Virus record (IMG/VR): IMGVR_UViG_3300010430_000022
Location: 10,466 to 74,465 of that record
Strand: one strand, 5' to 3'
Length of the DNA: 64,000 nucleotides
Source: a virus
The notes below the pieces were generated by a model. It searched no databases. It saw only the letters and a program-made list of their open reading frames with translations, and was not told the DNA's origin. Both the position numbers and the translations under genes were made by a program. This document shows positions 39,430 through 49,420 of this stretch, in pieces (position 1 is the stretch's first letter; the number at the start of each line of letters is the position of its first letter).

Positions 39430-41874
39430 GTGGCAGGCTCCGCTACCCGCTCGGCATCTGACGATCTTTCCAAGTCCATTGCGTTCTTCAGTGGCGCTGA
39501 GATGCCTGCTCGGGTGTGGAATCGAAAGTACCGGTTGCGCGACAAGGTCGACAACTACCTGGAGGAGTCGCCCCTTCAGACCTTCTGCCGCATGGCCGAC
39601 GCCGTTCACGCCCCGACCGACTCGTCGATGCGGCAGAACCTCGTCGAGAGGCGCTTCATTCCCGCCGGCCGGATCCTCTTCGCCCTCGGAAACCCCTACT
39701 TCAGCGCAACCCTAAAGAACTGCTATGTACTGGGCCTGGAGGGAGACTCGTTGGAGTCAATCTCCGAGCTTCGTGGGCAGATGGCACGCACTTACGCCAT
39801 GGGCGGGGGTGTCGGGATCGATCTCTCGGCTCTGCGTCCTGCTGGCGCTCCTGTGAAGAACTGCGCAATCACGTCCTCGGGCGCTGCGAGCTTCGCTGAC
39901 GGCTTCTCGCACCTGACAGGTGAGATTGGTCAGAATGGTCGTCGCGGCGCGCTCATGATCTCTCTGAGCGTCGACCACCCCGACATTCAGCGCTTCGTGC
40001 AGGCCAAGAACGACTTCAACCACGACCTCGCGACCAAGATCCGTGAGAAGCTCCCCCGCAAGCTATACAAGCAACTGAACGAAGAGGTCATCGAGCCTCG
40101 TCGTGCGTGCGGTAACGCCAACATGAGCGTTCGCATCACCGACCGCTTCATGAAGGCTGTGAAGGACGGCAAGCACCACATCACGCGCTTCATCATGGAC
40201 GACGGGCAGGAGATCACCGAGGTCTTCGACGCCAAGAAGCTGTTCCGTGACATCGTAATGGGTGCTTGGAGCCACGGCTGCCCTGGCTGCCTGTTCTGGG
40301 ACACCATGGCGCGCGAGGACAACCGCAATTACCTCGCACCTAGGTGGCACATTGTTACCACCAACCCATGCGGAGAGCAGCCTCTCAGCGATGGCGGGTC
40401 GTGCAACCTCGGAGCGGTCAATCTCGCTCGGTTCACCAAGCACCCTTACACAGACCGTGCTGAGTTCGACTGGGATGGCTTCAAGCAAGCGATCCGTGAC
40501 GGTGTTTGCTTCCTCGATGAGGTCAACACTATCGAACTCGAAGAAAACCGCGCTCCGATCTCGAAGCAGGCCGAGGTCACCGAAGGTCTGCGCCAGGTCG
40601 GGCTGGGTGTCATGGGCTATGGCGATCTGTTGCTTCAGCACCAGATCAAGTACGGCTCGGACGAGGCGCTGGCCTTCACCGACAAGCTGTTCCGCTGCCT
40701 CCGCGACACGGCCTATCACGAATCGATCATGCTCGCGAAGGAGAAGGGTCCGTTCCCTGCCTTCAACTGGGAGCAGATCAAGCGCTCGCCGTTCATCGAC
40801 CGTCTGCCTGGTGAACTGAAGAAGCTGATGGCGAAGCACGGTCTTCGCAACAGCAACGTCCTGAGCATCGCACCCACTGGCACTATCGCCATCATGGGTG
40901 AGACCACTGGTGGGATCGAGCCGGAGTTCGCTTACCAACTTACCCGTGCGGCTCAACTCGGTACCGGCAAGCGGACCAAGTTCACCTTCCTCACGCCTAC
41001 CGCACAGCGGATCGCCAAGGCGCTCGGTAAGAGCGTGCCTCAGGGTGAGATCGAAGGCGCGGTCGACATGTCGTGGCTGCCCGAGTGGGCCGTGGCTAGT
41101 CACCAGATCGATCCCAAGCGTCGAGTTCTGGTGCAAGGCACCATTCAGCAGTACATCGACACGGCGATCTCGTCGACGGTGAACCTGCCGGAGACGGCCA
41201 CAGTCGAGGACGTGATGGACATCTACTGGACTGCTTACGAGGCAGGCTGCAAGGGTGTCACCGTCTACCGTGAAGGGTCGCGTGAGGGCATTCTTCAGAC
41301 GCTCCAAGAAGCAGAGCGCCTTGAGTATCCCATCGAGCCTCCGCTCCAGATCAAGTCCAAGCGGCTGTCGTTCAAGGGGCAGAACGGACTTCAGCGCATC
41401 CTCATCAACGTAGGCGACTACCGTCCTGGTGTGCCATGCGAGGTCTCGGTCATCCACGGCAAGTCCGGAACTGAGGTCGCGTCCTACGCGTCTGCACTCG
41501 GGATCGTCATCTCCATCGCTCTCCAGAACGGCGTCCACCCGATCAAGCTCGCTCGGGCGATGGAAGGCATCAGCGCTGGCTGGGCAACACGTCTTCCTCT
41601 TGACGGCAAGGGCAACAAGCCCACGACCGTTCAGAGCGTGCCCGACAGCGTGGCTGCCGCGCTGCGGAAGTTCTACGGCAACGGGATCTACGAGAAGGGC
41701 CTCGCCGGCAAGCCGATCAACGGCGAGACCAACAAGACCGGCTGGGAACTCACGGCTGAGGAGCGCAACCGGGCTCAGAACTGCCCGAAGTGCGGCAAGC
41801 AGACCTACATTCCAGACTCCTCATGCTGGAAGTGCATCAATCCGGCCTGCGACGTCGATGGGATCTGTGGCTAA
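39430..41874 (+). CDS. nrdJ: Class II (B12-dependent) ribonucleotide reductase with TSCPD-like C-domain
   Basis: AAGGAGGT RBS; 'PAGRIL', 'TNPCGEQPL', 'SCNLG', 'IAPTGT', 'GCKGVTVYR', C-terminal CPKC. Confidence 0.92.
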   Translation: MAGSATRSASDDLSKSIAFFSGAEMPARVWNRKYRLRDKVDNYLEESPLQTFCRMADAVHAPTDSSMRQNLVERRFIPAGRILFALGNPYFSATLKNCYVLGLEGDSLESISELRGQMARTYAMGGGVGIDLSALRPAGAPVKNCAITSSGAASFADGFSHLTGEIGQNGRRGALMISLSVDHPDIQRFVQAKNDFNHDLATKIREKLPRKLYKQLNEEVIEPRRACGNANMSVRITDRFMKAVKDGKHHITRFIMDDGQEITEVFDAKKLFRDIVMGAWSHGCPGCLFWDTMAREDNRNYLAPRWHIVTTNPCGEQPLSDGGSCNLGAVNLARFTKHPYTDRAEFDWDGFKQAIRDGVCFLDEVNTIELEENRAPISKQAEVTEGLRQVGLGVMGYGDLLLQHQIKYGSDEALAFTDKLFRCLRDTAYHESIMLAKEKGPFPAFNWEQIKRSPFIDRLPGELKKLMAKHGLRNSNVLSIAPTGTIAIMGETTGGIEPEFAYQLTRAAQLGTGKRTKFTFLTPTAQRIAKALGKSVPQGEIEGAVDMSWLPEWAVASHQIDPKRRVLVQGTIQQYIDTAISSTVNLPETATVEDVMDIYWTAYEAGCKGVTVYREGSREGILQTLQEAERLEYPIEPPLQIKSKRLSFKGQNGLQRILINVGDYRPGVPCEVSVIHGKSGTEVASYASALGIVISIALQNGVHPIKLARAMEGISAGWATRLPLDGKGNKPTTVQSVPDSVAAALRKFYGNGIYEKGLAGKPINGETNKTGWELTAEERNRAQNCPKCGKQTYIPDSSCWKCINPACDVDGICG

Positions 41875-41962
41875 GGGAAGCTAACCCGAGTCAAACAGGT
41901 TGGTAACCCAGCCCTCGTGATAGGATCGCCAGATACGGTAAGCCTGTTACGAGGGTCGTCTT

Positions 41963-42568
41963 TTGAGGTTTTCATCGCTCCGACTCCTGCCTCTGGCGTT
42001 GCTCCTCTTGGTAGGAGTGGCGCTCGCTCAAGGCGCACCGTCCCCTACCCCACAAGTCCCCGGTAACACGGTTCCGGCTTGGGTCTTCTATTGGGTACTC
42101 GGTCTAGTCACCGCAGGAGCCGTAGTCTGGACGGGCGTCACTAAGATCCTTTGGGATCGAGGTAGCGAGGCCCAGAAGGCGACCATTGCGGCCCAACAAA
42201 GGGCTAGTGTTCTCACTGACGAGGAGAAGGGCTGGCTCCGACAGCTTTACCACTGGCACAAAGCGGTCGACGACGATCAGGTCCCGCTTTGGTATATCCC
42301 TCGCTCTTGGCTAGAGCACATCAAGGGACTCAAGGACGACCACGCCGCCGTGAAGGGTCTCCTTACCAAGCTCGTCGAGTGGAACGAAGAAATCATCTCT
42401 GACCTCCGTGAGCAACTCAAGGAAAGCCGAGGGTTGCAAGCTCAACAGCAGACAAAGATGTTGAAGCTGGCGGTTCGAGTTCAACGCGCCGTCGAGGCCC
42501 TTGCCGGCATGGAGACGCCTCCCGCCATTGAGACGGATCTCGACGATGACGACGAGGAGACTTCGTGA
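41963..42568 (+). CDS. Membrane protein with signal peptide/TM and coiled coil
   Basis: Two hydrophobic segments; 'W...D.D.VPLWYIPRS'. Confidence 0.55.
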   Translation: MRFSSLRLLPLALLLLVGVALAQGAPSPTPQVPGNTVPAWVFYWVLGLVTAGAVVWTGVTKILWDRGSEAQKATIAAQQRASVLTDEEKGWLRQLYHWHKAVDDDQVPLWYIPRSWLEHIKGLKDDHAAVKGLLTKLVEWNEEIISDLREQLKESRGLQAQQQTKMLKLAVRVQRAVEALAGMETPPAIETDLDDDDEETS

Positions 42569-42858
42569 CAGCGATGAGACCAGCACCGAAGCCGGTGAGT
42601 AGCCAAGAAGTGGAGGAGCCCGTGCTCGACGATGTCATTCAACGGATCGATCAGTCCCTACCGATCATCCACAAACGGATTGCAGACGGTGAACCCGAGA
42701 AGCCTACGACAAGGCTGTCTCGGGAGCAGGCTGTTCGTGCGCAGGCCGTCTTTCAGGACATGAAGGACAATCCCATCCTCAATGAGGAGGGAGATGACAT
42801 CTGCCTCAAGAAAAAGAAGAAGAAACGGGTGCGACGCGTCAATGGACATTTGGGGTAG
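42565..42858 (+). CDS. Hypothetical protein
   Basis: GTGA coupling; GAGGAG RBS. Confidence 0.45.
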   Translation: MTAMRPAPKPVSSQEVEEPVLDDVIQRIDQSLPIIHKRIADGEPEKPTTRLSREQAVRAQAVFQDMKDNPILNEEGDDICLKKKKKKRVRRVNGHLG

Positions 42859-42937
42859 CACAACCAACCCCGTATGCTCCTGTAAGGTAAAATAAGTGCT
42901 TCTCCGCAGGAGAAGAAAGATCGTTAGGTAGTCGTTC

Positions 42938-43606
42938 ATGGCAACGAACGTCGACAAATTCGTAGAGCCGAGTGAGATCCCGGGATCCGTCGCCGTTCCG
43001 GTCGGCGGCGTCATCATGTGGATGAACACTGCCGCTGCTTCTATGAATCCGACCCCTCCCGCAGGCTTCGAGTTCTGTGATGGAACAGCGGTCGTAACGG
43101 TCGGCTCTCCTCTCCTTGGCGAGATCAAGCCCAACTTGATGATTACCAGTGCTGGTGGCGCGAAGGGTGTGGCGCGCGGCGCCGATGTAAACACCGCTCC
43201 TTACGGTGTCGGCACCCCTCTTGTCCAAGGGGGCAATGATCTTCACAACCACACCGCAAATTCCGTTAGCAACCACAACCATGGAATGAAGAACCACTCT
43301 CATTCCATGCAGAACCATACTCACGCTAGCGGAGGGGGAGGAAACCACACCCACTCCACAAGTGATGCAGTCCAGCCGACTGGTGGTGGCGCCACTTACC
43401 AGGGCGGCATCTTTGCGCACTTCCACACCATTTCGAGTAGTGGCTCCCACACTCATTTTGGATCGGGCACGCCAAGCTCCGCCAGCACTGGTAGTCCAAA
43501 CGACAACACCTCTGACGGCGCAGGCAGTCACGGTCACTCGATCAACAACAACACGGTCTTCCCTGTATTCCACACAGAGATCGCGTTCATCGTGAGAGTG
43601 CTCTAG
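42938..43606 (+). CDS. Tail-collar / short-fibre-like protein with HxH repeats
   Basis: 'VPVGGVIMW...PAGFEFCDG', repeated H-x-H, terminal 'AFIVRV'. Confidence 0.8.
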   Translation: MATNVDKFVEPSEIPGSVAVPVGGVIMWMNTAAASMNPTPPAGFEFCDGTAVVTVGSPLLGEIKPNLMITSAGGAKGVARGADVNTAPYGVGTPLVQGGNDLHNHTANSVSNHNHGMKNHSHSMQNHTHASGGGGNHTHSTSDAVQPTGGGATYQGGIFAHFHTISSSGSHTHFGSGTPSSASTGSPNDNTSDGAGSHGHSINNNTVFPVFHTEIAFIVRVL

Positions 43607-44091
43607 TGCCGTCAACGCACTCATACACTCCTGGTGAACTACCGGCGATGTATTCCCCTTGGGGATACGCATGGCTGCGCGAGCGATTGCTTGCTGCCGG
43701 ACGAACGAACCCAACTGTCTACGAAGACGCCGCCGTTCCCGGCAACGTCGTTTTGTGGATAGGTGAGGCGAACGTCTCCAAGAACCAACTCGCTTTTGAG
43801 TGTCAGGCACCGGTCGCCGAGTTGGCCGCGAACCAGTCGGACATGAACGTCCCGCCTATGTCCACACAGATGGTGACAATCACCGGTCCCATTGGGGCTC
43901 TCGTTAAGGTCCGTTTCGAAGGAATTGCCTTCGTCTCGGAGACCGAGTTCACGATCCCCGGCAACAGCAATTACGATTTCCAGGTCGGACCGTGTCCGGC
44001 CGGGCAACGTCTTGTTATCCCTCAGATGCTCGATTTCTACGTTGAGGACGGTTCGTGCTCACCCGTAGCGGTCATGGTTACTTTCAAATGA
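43606..44091 (+). CDS. Hypothetical protein
   Basis: Coupled to the upstream gene. Confidence 0.5.
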   Translation: MPSTHSYTPGELPAMYSPWGYAWLRERLLAAGRTNPTVYEDAAVPGNVVLWIGEANVSKNQLAFECQAPVAELAANQSDMNVPPMSTQMVTITGPIGALVKVRFEGIAFVSETEFTIPGNSNYDFQVGPCPAGQRLVIPQMLDFYVEDGSCSPVAVMVTFK

Positions 44092-44223
44092 ACGGGAGCG
44101 GCACAGCAACAGCGTTAAGGGCTAGGGAGATTGGTCCCATTTACCCCGTATCACCGTTTGACTTTGCGTTTCCACAGGCTTAGACTCTGGGGAGTTAGAT
44201 AGATCTCCCCTGGGAGGAAGAAC

Positions 44224-44769
44224 ATGTCAGTCCTTCGTCAGCAATTCGCTCAGACTCTCGTGGCAAGCGTTCCCGACGCTACCACGCTGGAGTTCGATCT
44301 CTTCGGCCCGGAGTCGCCCCTCGCGCCTCCCTACGCAGAGAACACCGATCACGTCACCGAGCCCCGTCAAGTTCGTCAGAACGAGGCAGGCTGGGTCGTC
44401 ATCGATGGTCTCTCCAACCTCGCTGTCCCGACTGTCACCTTCGACGTCGAGATCTGGCAGCGTGGTGCAGCTTCCGCTCAGCGGAACTTGCAGGCACCTC
44501 TCTTCCCCTCGGGCGCGGCTCCTGCTGCTGACCCCAGCCTGAAGCGCGCAGTCGCTACGGGTTTGGTCGGCGACTCGACTCTGCTTCCGAGCATTCTCGG
44601 TGGCGGCCTCGGCGGTGTCGACACCAAGGACGTGCCGGCTCTGCACCTGCGCGCCGACGAGTTCGTGAAGCTTCGCATCACGAACGGTTCGGGTGGTCTG
44701 CTCGCCGACACGTTCCTCGCCAAGTATGACCTTGGTGGCAGCCCCGGCGACACCCACCGGTTGGCCTAA
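44224..44769 (+). CDS. Hypothetical (possible virion) protein
   Basis: GGAGG RBS; strong codon bias. Confidence 0.6.
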   Translation: MSVLRQQFAQTLVASVPDATTLEFDLFGPESPLAPPYAENTDHVTEPRQVRQNEAGWVVIDGLSNLAVPTVTFDVEIWQRGAASAQRNLQAPLFPSGAAPAADPSLKRAVATGLVGDSTLLPSILGGGLGGVDTKDVPALHLRADEFVKLRITNGSGGLLADTFLAKYDLGGSPGDTHRLA

Positions 44770-44801
44770 CGGTCCGCTAGAAAGACACAGGAGAATTCAA
44801 C

Positions 44802-45257
44802 ATGCTTGGTCGCAAGACTCTCGCTGCGGACGCCACGCTTGCCGCAGCCCCCACCGACTTCGACACCAACCAGCTTGCTGCTGGCGAACTCGAACTCGGT
44901 TTCACGGTCGAGGAAGACGAGATGCTCGTCGACCTCGAATCGCGCCTCGTTTGGGCGAACTCGGTTGCCGAGGCAACCTCGTTCACCTACTACATCGACG
45001 GCGCCGCGTCGCCTGATCTGGCAGCAGCCGGTCTCGTGCTGGAGACCCCGGCTGCTGGTGTCCTCACCACGAGCTACATGCGGACGACGCTGCGGCTCGA
45101 CAAGGGCTACCACACTGTCGCGGTCCGCGCACTCGCGGCCACTGGTGCGGTGACTATCGGTGGCGCAACGATGCCCAGCGAAGTGGTTGCTCGCCGCCAG
45201 AGCCACCCGGCTACGCTGGGTCACGGCGTCGACTCTAAGGCGCAGTTGATCCAGTAG
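44802..45257 (+). CDS. Hypothetical (possible virion) protein
   Basis: AGGAG RBS; followed by a terminator. Confidence 0.6.
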   Translation: MLGRKTLAADATLAAAPTDFDTNQLAAGELELGFTVEEDEMLVDLESRLVWANSVAEATSFTYYIDGAASPDLAAAGLVLETPAAGVLTTSYMRTTLRLDKGYHTVAVRALAATGAVTIGGATMPSEVVARRQSHPATLGHGVDSKAQLIQ

Positions 45258-45290
45258 GGTCACTGACCAGAGGGTCATCTAACTTCAAGG

Positions 45291-45320
45291 AAAGAGCCTG
45301 GCAACTGCCAGGCTTTTTCT
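45291..45320 (+). terminator. Intrinsic terminator
   Basis: AGCCTGGCA-AC-TGCCAGGCT followed by TTTT. Confidence 0.85.
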
Positions 45321-45379
45321 ATGTACTGCGGTAAGATAGGGACTCAACTCCAGAACCCGGATTGATAGGGGTAAAGACC

Positions 45380-45676
45380 ATGGCTTCTCAACTCTCAGTC
45401 ACGTTTGCTGCTGGCGCCAACCGCGAGTTCGCGCTGCGTAAGCTTCAGACCATCGTCGACGGTGCTGTTGCGCCTCTCACCACCATTCGCGCCCTGGAGC
45501 ACGGCGATCACGCTGATCTGGACTTCCCGGACGAGGTCGCGTCGGAGCAGGTTCTCGCTTGCTTCGAGGCCGCCGTCAACATGGCTGGGCTGCCTGAGTC
45601 TGGCTACGTCGCCGGCTCCGCACTGCTCACCGGCGACGTCCTGAGCGGTTCCCGCCAGCGCGTCTACTCGGTCTAG
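45380..45676 (+). CDS. Small protein (paralog of 45690)
   Basis: Ends SGSRQRVYSV. Confidence 0.6.
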   Translation: MASQLSVTFAAGANREFALRKLQTIVDGAVAPLTTIRALEHGDHADLDFPDEVASEQVLACFEAAVNMAGLPESGYVAGSALLTGDVLSGSRQRVYSV

Positions 45677-45689
45677 GTAGGAGAACAGC

Positions 45690-45983
45690 ATGACTACCCT
45701 AATCACCGTCACCATCGATCCGGCACAGCGCCGTAACGCTCGTCTGGAACTCCAGAACCGTGTTGAGGGTTGCGTCACCCTGCTGGACGACCCCGTTGTG
45801 ATCCGCAACGTCGACGAGAGCACCCTGGAGTTGCAGCTTCCGGAGGCGCTCCCTGCCGAGGAGCTTAGCTCGATCATCCGAACTCTGGCCAATCTCGTGC
45901 GTCGTCCCGAGTCCGGGATCCTCAGCAACGTGGTCGTCAGCCCCGAAGACGTCTCTGGCGCTCAGCGACAGTACTCGGTCTAG
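45690..45983 (+). CDS. Small protein (paralog of 45380)
   Basis: AGGAG RBS; ends SGAQRQYSV. Confidence 0.6.
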   Translation: MTTLITVTIDPAQRRNARLELQNRVEGCVTLLDDPVVIRNVDESTLELQLPEALPAEELSSIIRTLANLVRRPESGILSNVVVSPEDVSGAQRQYSV

Positions 45984-46009
45984 TACAACCACCCCGGATT
46001 CCGAGTGCG

Positions 46010-46043
46010 GCAAGCCCAGGAATGTTTCCTGGGCTTGCTTCTT
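46010..46043 (+). terminator. Intrinsic terminator
   Basis: GCAAGCCCAGGAA-TGT-TTCCTGGGCTTGC followed by TTCTT. Confidence 0.75.
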
Positions 46044-46134
46044 GTACGCCTTCGCACAACTTGCGAGCATGCTGGTAGACGAGTCGTAGCGTTCGTGTGC
46101 TTCATGCGGTAAAACAGGCGGATCGGGGTCGGGT

Positions 46135-48360
46135 ATGGGTGCATCCCCTCTAAAAGTCGAGACTTACGAGCTACGCTCCGGGGATGCGCTTCAGCAGCTA
46201 CGGCTGCTTCCTGACGCGTCTGTCCAGACATGCCTGACGAGTCCGCCCTACTTCGCGTTGCGCAAATACAACACGGCGCCGCAAGTTTGGGGAGGGGACG
46301 CAAACTGTACCCACGAGTGGGGTCCTGAGATCCCTGGTGACTCCCGTGGAGGATCGGGCCCCAGAGCCAAGGGGAAGCGCTCAGGCGACGCCAAGTCTTC
46401 ATACGGTAGGAACGCCACCCGAGGCCGTTTCTGTAGCTCCTGCGACGCCTGGGAGGGCGAGCTAGGGCTTGAGCCGACTCCCGACCTGTTCGTCAAGCAT
46501 TTGGTGTTGATCTGCCGCGAGATCAGACGCGTTCTGCGCGATGACGGCACCTTCTTCTTGAACATTGCCGACACCTTCTTCGGTGGCTCTCCGAAAGGGA
46601 TCAAGGATCCCTGGGGACTCAAGAAGAAGGATCTCTGCGGTGTCCCGCAGCGACTTGTTCTCGCCCTTCAAGAGGACGGCTGGTATTGGCGAACGGATGG
46701 TGTCTGGTCTAAGGCCGGAGGAAACTGCCCGCGATGCCATTTCCGGATCGAGAAGGGCTCCACCAAACCTGAGTCAGTCCGTGATCGCTTCACACGCTCC
46801 CACGAGTATCTCTACCTGCTCGCCAAGAAGCCGAAGTACTACTTCGACGTTGAGGCAGTCAAGGCAGAGCACACCACCTCCTGCCGGCGAGACGTCTTCC
46901 ACATCTCCTCACAGAACTTCCGTGGCGCTCACTACGCGACGATGCCGGAGAACCTGGCCAAGGTAGGGATCCTGGGGGGAACCTCAGAGCATGGTGCGTG
47001 CGCCAAGTGTCATGCTCCCTACAAGCGGATCACCCAGAAGGGTGAAGTTGACCGCAAGAAGCAGAAGGAGATGGGCAGCGACGCCAGTGGTGACTACAAG
47101 GGCGAGAACCTAAAGGACTACGATGGGGCTGGTGCTGAGAAGGCCAGCGATCTCAAGCGTAGGATCCTGGCAGGCGCTAAGAAGATCACGACTGTTGGGT
47201 GGGCTCAGACCTGCAAGTGCGTTGATCCAGGCGATCCTGTTCCGTGCTTGGTGCTTGATCCGTTCTCTGGTGCCGCCACAACCGGAGCAGTGGCTCTTGG
47301 ATACGGTCGGACCTACCTTGGACTGGAGCTTCTGGAAGAGAACAACACTGAGATCGCGCAGCCACGTCTAGACGCTGTTCTCGAATCGCTCAAGGCGCCA
47401 GTTGAGATCGACTACCTTCCTCTGACGTCGGGGATCTACCAAGGTAACTCCGAGATCCTGCTGCATCGCGTTCAGCCTGGCTCTGTTCGATTGATCCTGA
47501 CGGACCCGCCCTACAACGTGTCCCGAGAGAACAACTTCCACACCATGGGTCGAGGTGGCATCGACTTCTCGTGGGACGGCAACTTCGACCAGGAGCTTTG
47601 GGTTCGCCTCGCCGACAAGGCGCTCATGGTCGGCGGCAACCTCGTGATCTGGAACGACTGGAAGGTGCTGGGCCTGATTGCCCACCTTCTGCTCGATCTG
47701 GGATACGAGGTGAAGCGAAACCTCGTCTGGTACAAGACGAACCCCTTCCCTCGGAACATCCAGTCCAGTCCGGTTCAGCGCACCGAGATTGGACTCTGGG
47801 CAGTCAAGCGGACGAAGAAATCCACCAAGTGGCGTCACAACCTTCGTCCGCATCAGCACTACGAAGACCTGGTGTTCCGCTACCCGATCCCGTCTTCAAA
47901 GAAGGGCCGCCCTCGACACGAGACCAAGAAGCCAGACGACATGTTCCGGGAGATCATCCAGATCTTCTCCGACCCTGGTGATCTGATTCTCGACCCCTTC
48001 TCTGGTGGTGGGACCACAGCCTTCGCGGCCGAGGCCGAGGGCCGGCGCCATATCTCCTTCGAGCTAGAGCCGAAGTGGTATCAGGAGGCGTGCCTCCATT
48101 GGGAAGAAGGGAAATCTGCAAATCCCCTCAAGTTCCCAATGACACCTGTCGAAAAGGCTAGAGCGGCACAGAAGGAATATCGCGAGATCTGCAAGAAGCT
48201 TCGGGTTCACCCGGTGACGTTCGAGGAGATCCCCAAGAAGAAGCGTGTCGTGAAACCCGACATGGGTGTCGAGAAAACCGTCTTACATCAAGTCCTGCGC
48301 CCACCGGCTGATGCAGGTCCACGAGACTACAAGCACATCGCGAAGTTGAAGGAAATCTAA
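46135..48360 (+). CDS. Tandem double beta-class N4C/N6A DNA methyltransferase
   Basis: TSPPY...LDPFSGAATT, then TDPPY...LDPFSGGGTT. Confidence 0.9.
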   Translation: MGASPLKVETYELRSGDALQQLRLLPDASVQTCLTSPPYFALRKYNTAPQVWGGDANCTHEWGPEIPGDSRGGSGPRAKGKRSGDAKSSYGRNATRGRFCSSCDAWEGELGLEPTPDLFVKHLVLICREIRRVLRDDGTFFLNIADTFFGGSPKGIKDPWGLKKKDLCGVPQRLVLALQEDGWYWRTDGVWSKAGGNCPRCHFRIEKGSTKPESVRDRFTRSHEYLYLLAKKPKYYFDVEAVKAEHTTSCRRDVFHISSQNFRGAHYATMPENLAKVGILGGTSEHGACAKCHAPYKRITQKGEVDRKKQKEMGSDASGDYKGENLKDYDGAGAEKASDLKRRILAGAKKITTVGWAQTCKCVDPGDPVPCLVLDPFSGAATTGAVALGYGRTYLGLELLEENNTEIAQPRLDAVLESLKAPVEIDYLPLTSGIYQGNSEILLHRVQPGSVRLILTDPPYNVSRENNFHTMGRGGIDFSWDGNFDQELWVRLADKALMVGGNLVIWNDWKVLGLIAHLLLDLGYEVKRNLVWYKTNPFPRNIQSSPVQRTEIGLWAVKRTKKSTKWRHNLRPHQHYEDLVFRYPIPSSKKGRPRHETKKPDDMFREIIQIFSDPGDLILDPFSGGGTTAFAAEAEGRRHISFELEPKWYQEACLHWEEGKSANPLKFPMTPVEKARAAQKEYREICKKLRVHPVTFEEIPKKKRVVKPDMGVEKTVLHQVLRPPADAGPRDYKHIAKLKEI

Positions 48361-48737
48361 TGGGATCGAATCGGGAAGACCTAGAAGCACGCCTCGACAG
48401 GGCCAAGACAAAGATCAAGCCGCAGCACTGCGCTGACTGCGGTGGTCTGAACGCTCACGTCCCCATGGCTTGCGTTCTGAATATGAACACCCATGTTCTC
48501 GATACCTATCGCCTTCAGCTTCCGCCGGTCTGCGACGACTGCGCGAAGGCACGCGGTATCTCGCGACGCGGAGTGCTTGCCCCCAAAGCTGAAATGCAGA
48601 ACGCCTCTGAAGCGCTCAACGCACTGGTAGAGAAGATCCCAGCCTGGTCAAAAACGTTGCTGGAGAAGCAACTAGTAGAACTCGTGTCGCAAGGCATGCC
48701 CGAGCAAGAAGCCAAAGACTTCTTGGGGGTCAAATGA
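48360..48737 (+). CDS. Zn-ribbon hypothetical protein
   Basis: CADC...CDDC. Confidence 0.55.
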   Translation: MGSNREDLEARLDRAKTKIKPQHCADCGGLNAHVPMACVLNMNTHVLDTYRLQLPPVCDDCAKARGISRRGVLAPKAEMQNASEALNALVEKIPAWSKTLLEKQLVELVSQGMPEQEAKDFLGVK

Positions 48738-49420
48738 GCGATCCGAGGTTCATCGTTATCTCCGGCCTGATCGGTGTTGGTAAGAGCACGCTCTGTAAGA
48801 AGCTGGCAGAGCTTCTCGACTACGAACCGATCTTCGAGCCCGTCGAGGACAACCCCTACCTGGAGAAGTTCTACAAGGACCCCAACAAGTGGGCCTACCC
48901 GATGCAGGAGTTCCTCAAGCATCGGCGCTTCGCGGCCTATCAGTACGCCGCCTGGGGGATCAAGCACGGAGCCTTCAAGGGTGTGGTCCTCGACAGGTCT
49001 ATCCACGAAGACACCGTCTTTGCAGAGATCAACGCCAAGATCGGTACCATCGACGCTCTCAACTGGAAGACCTATCTCCAGGGCTTCAACGACTTCCAGA
49101 CGTTCCTGCCTGAGCCAGACGTTTACATCTATCTCGACGCCAGCCCAGAGACCTGTCACGCTCGGATCCTGGAGCGCGCTCGGCCGGCAGAGCAGCAGAC
49201 CGGCTTCGAGGGTGATCCCGAAGACGCGCCGAAGGGAATCCCTCTCGACTACCTCCGGACCTTGCACCAGGGCTACCAGGACTGGCTGAAAGAGATCGCG
49301 CCTCGGATCCCCACAGTCAAGCTCGACTGGACGCGCTTCAAGACCACTGAGGACGCTTGGAAGTGGGTCAACGGTCAGATCGACGAGCGCAGTCGCTTCA
49401 CACGGAGCTTGGTGGTCTAG
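48734..49420 (+). CDS. Deoxynucleoside kinase
   Basis: 'GLIGVGKST', 'EPVEDNPYLEKFY.D', 'DRSIHED.VFA', 'RI.ERAR..E', 'YL..L'. Confidence 0.92.
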   Translation: MSDPRFIVISGLIGVGKSTLCKKLAELLDYEPIFEPVEDNPYLEKFYKDPNKWAYPMQEFLKHRRFAAYQYAAWGIKHGAFKGVVLDRSIHEDTVFAEINAKIGTIDALNWKTYLQGFNDFQTFLPEPDVYIYLDASPETCHARILERARPAEQQTGFEGDPEDAPKGIPLDYLRTLHQGYQDWLKEIAPRIPTVKLDWTRFKTTEDAWKWVNGQIDERSRFTRSLVV

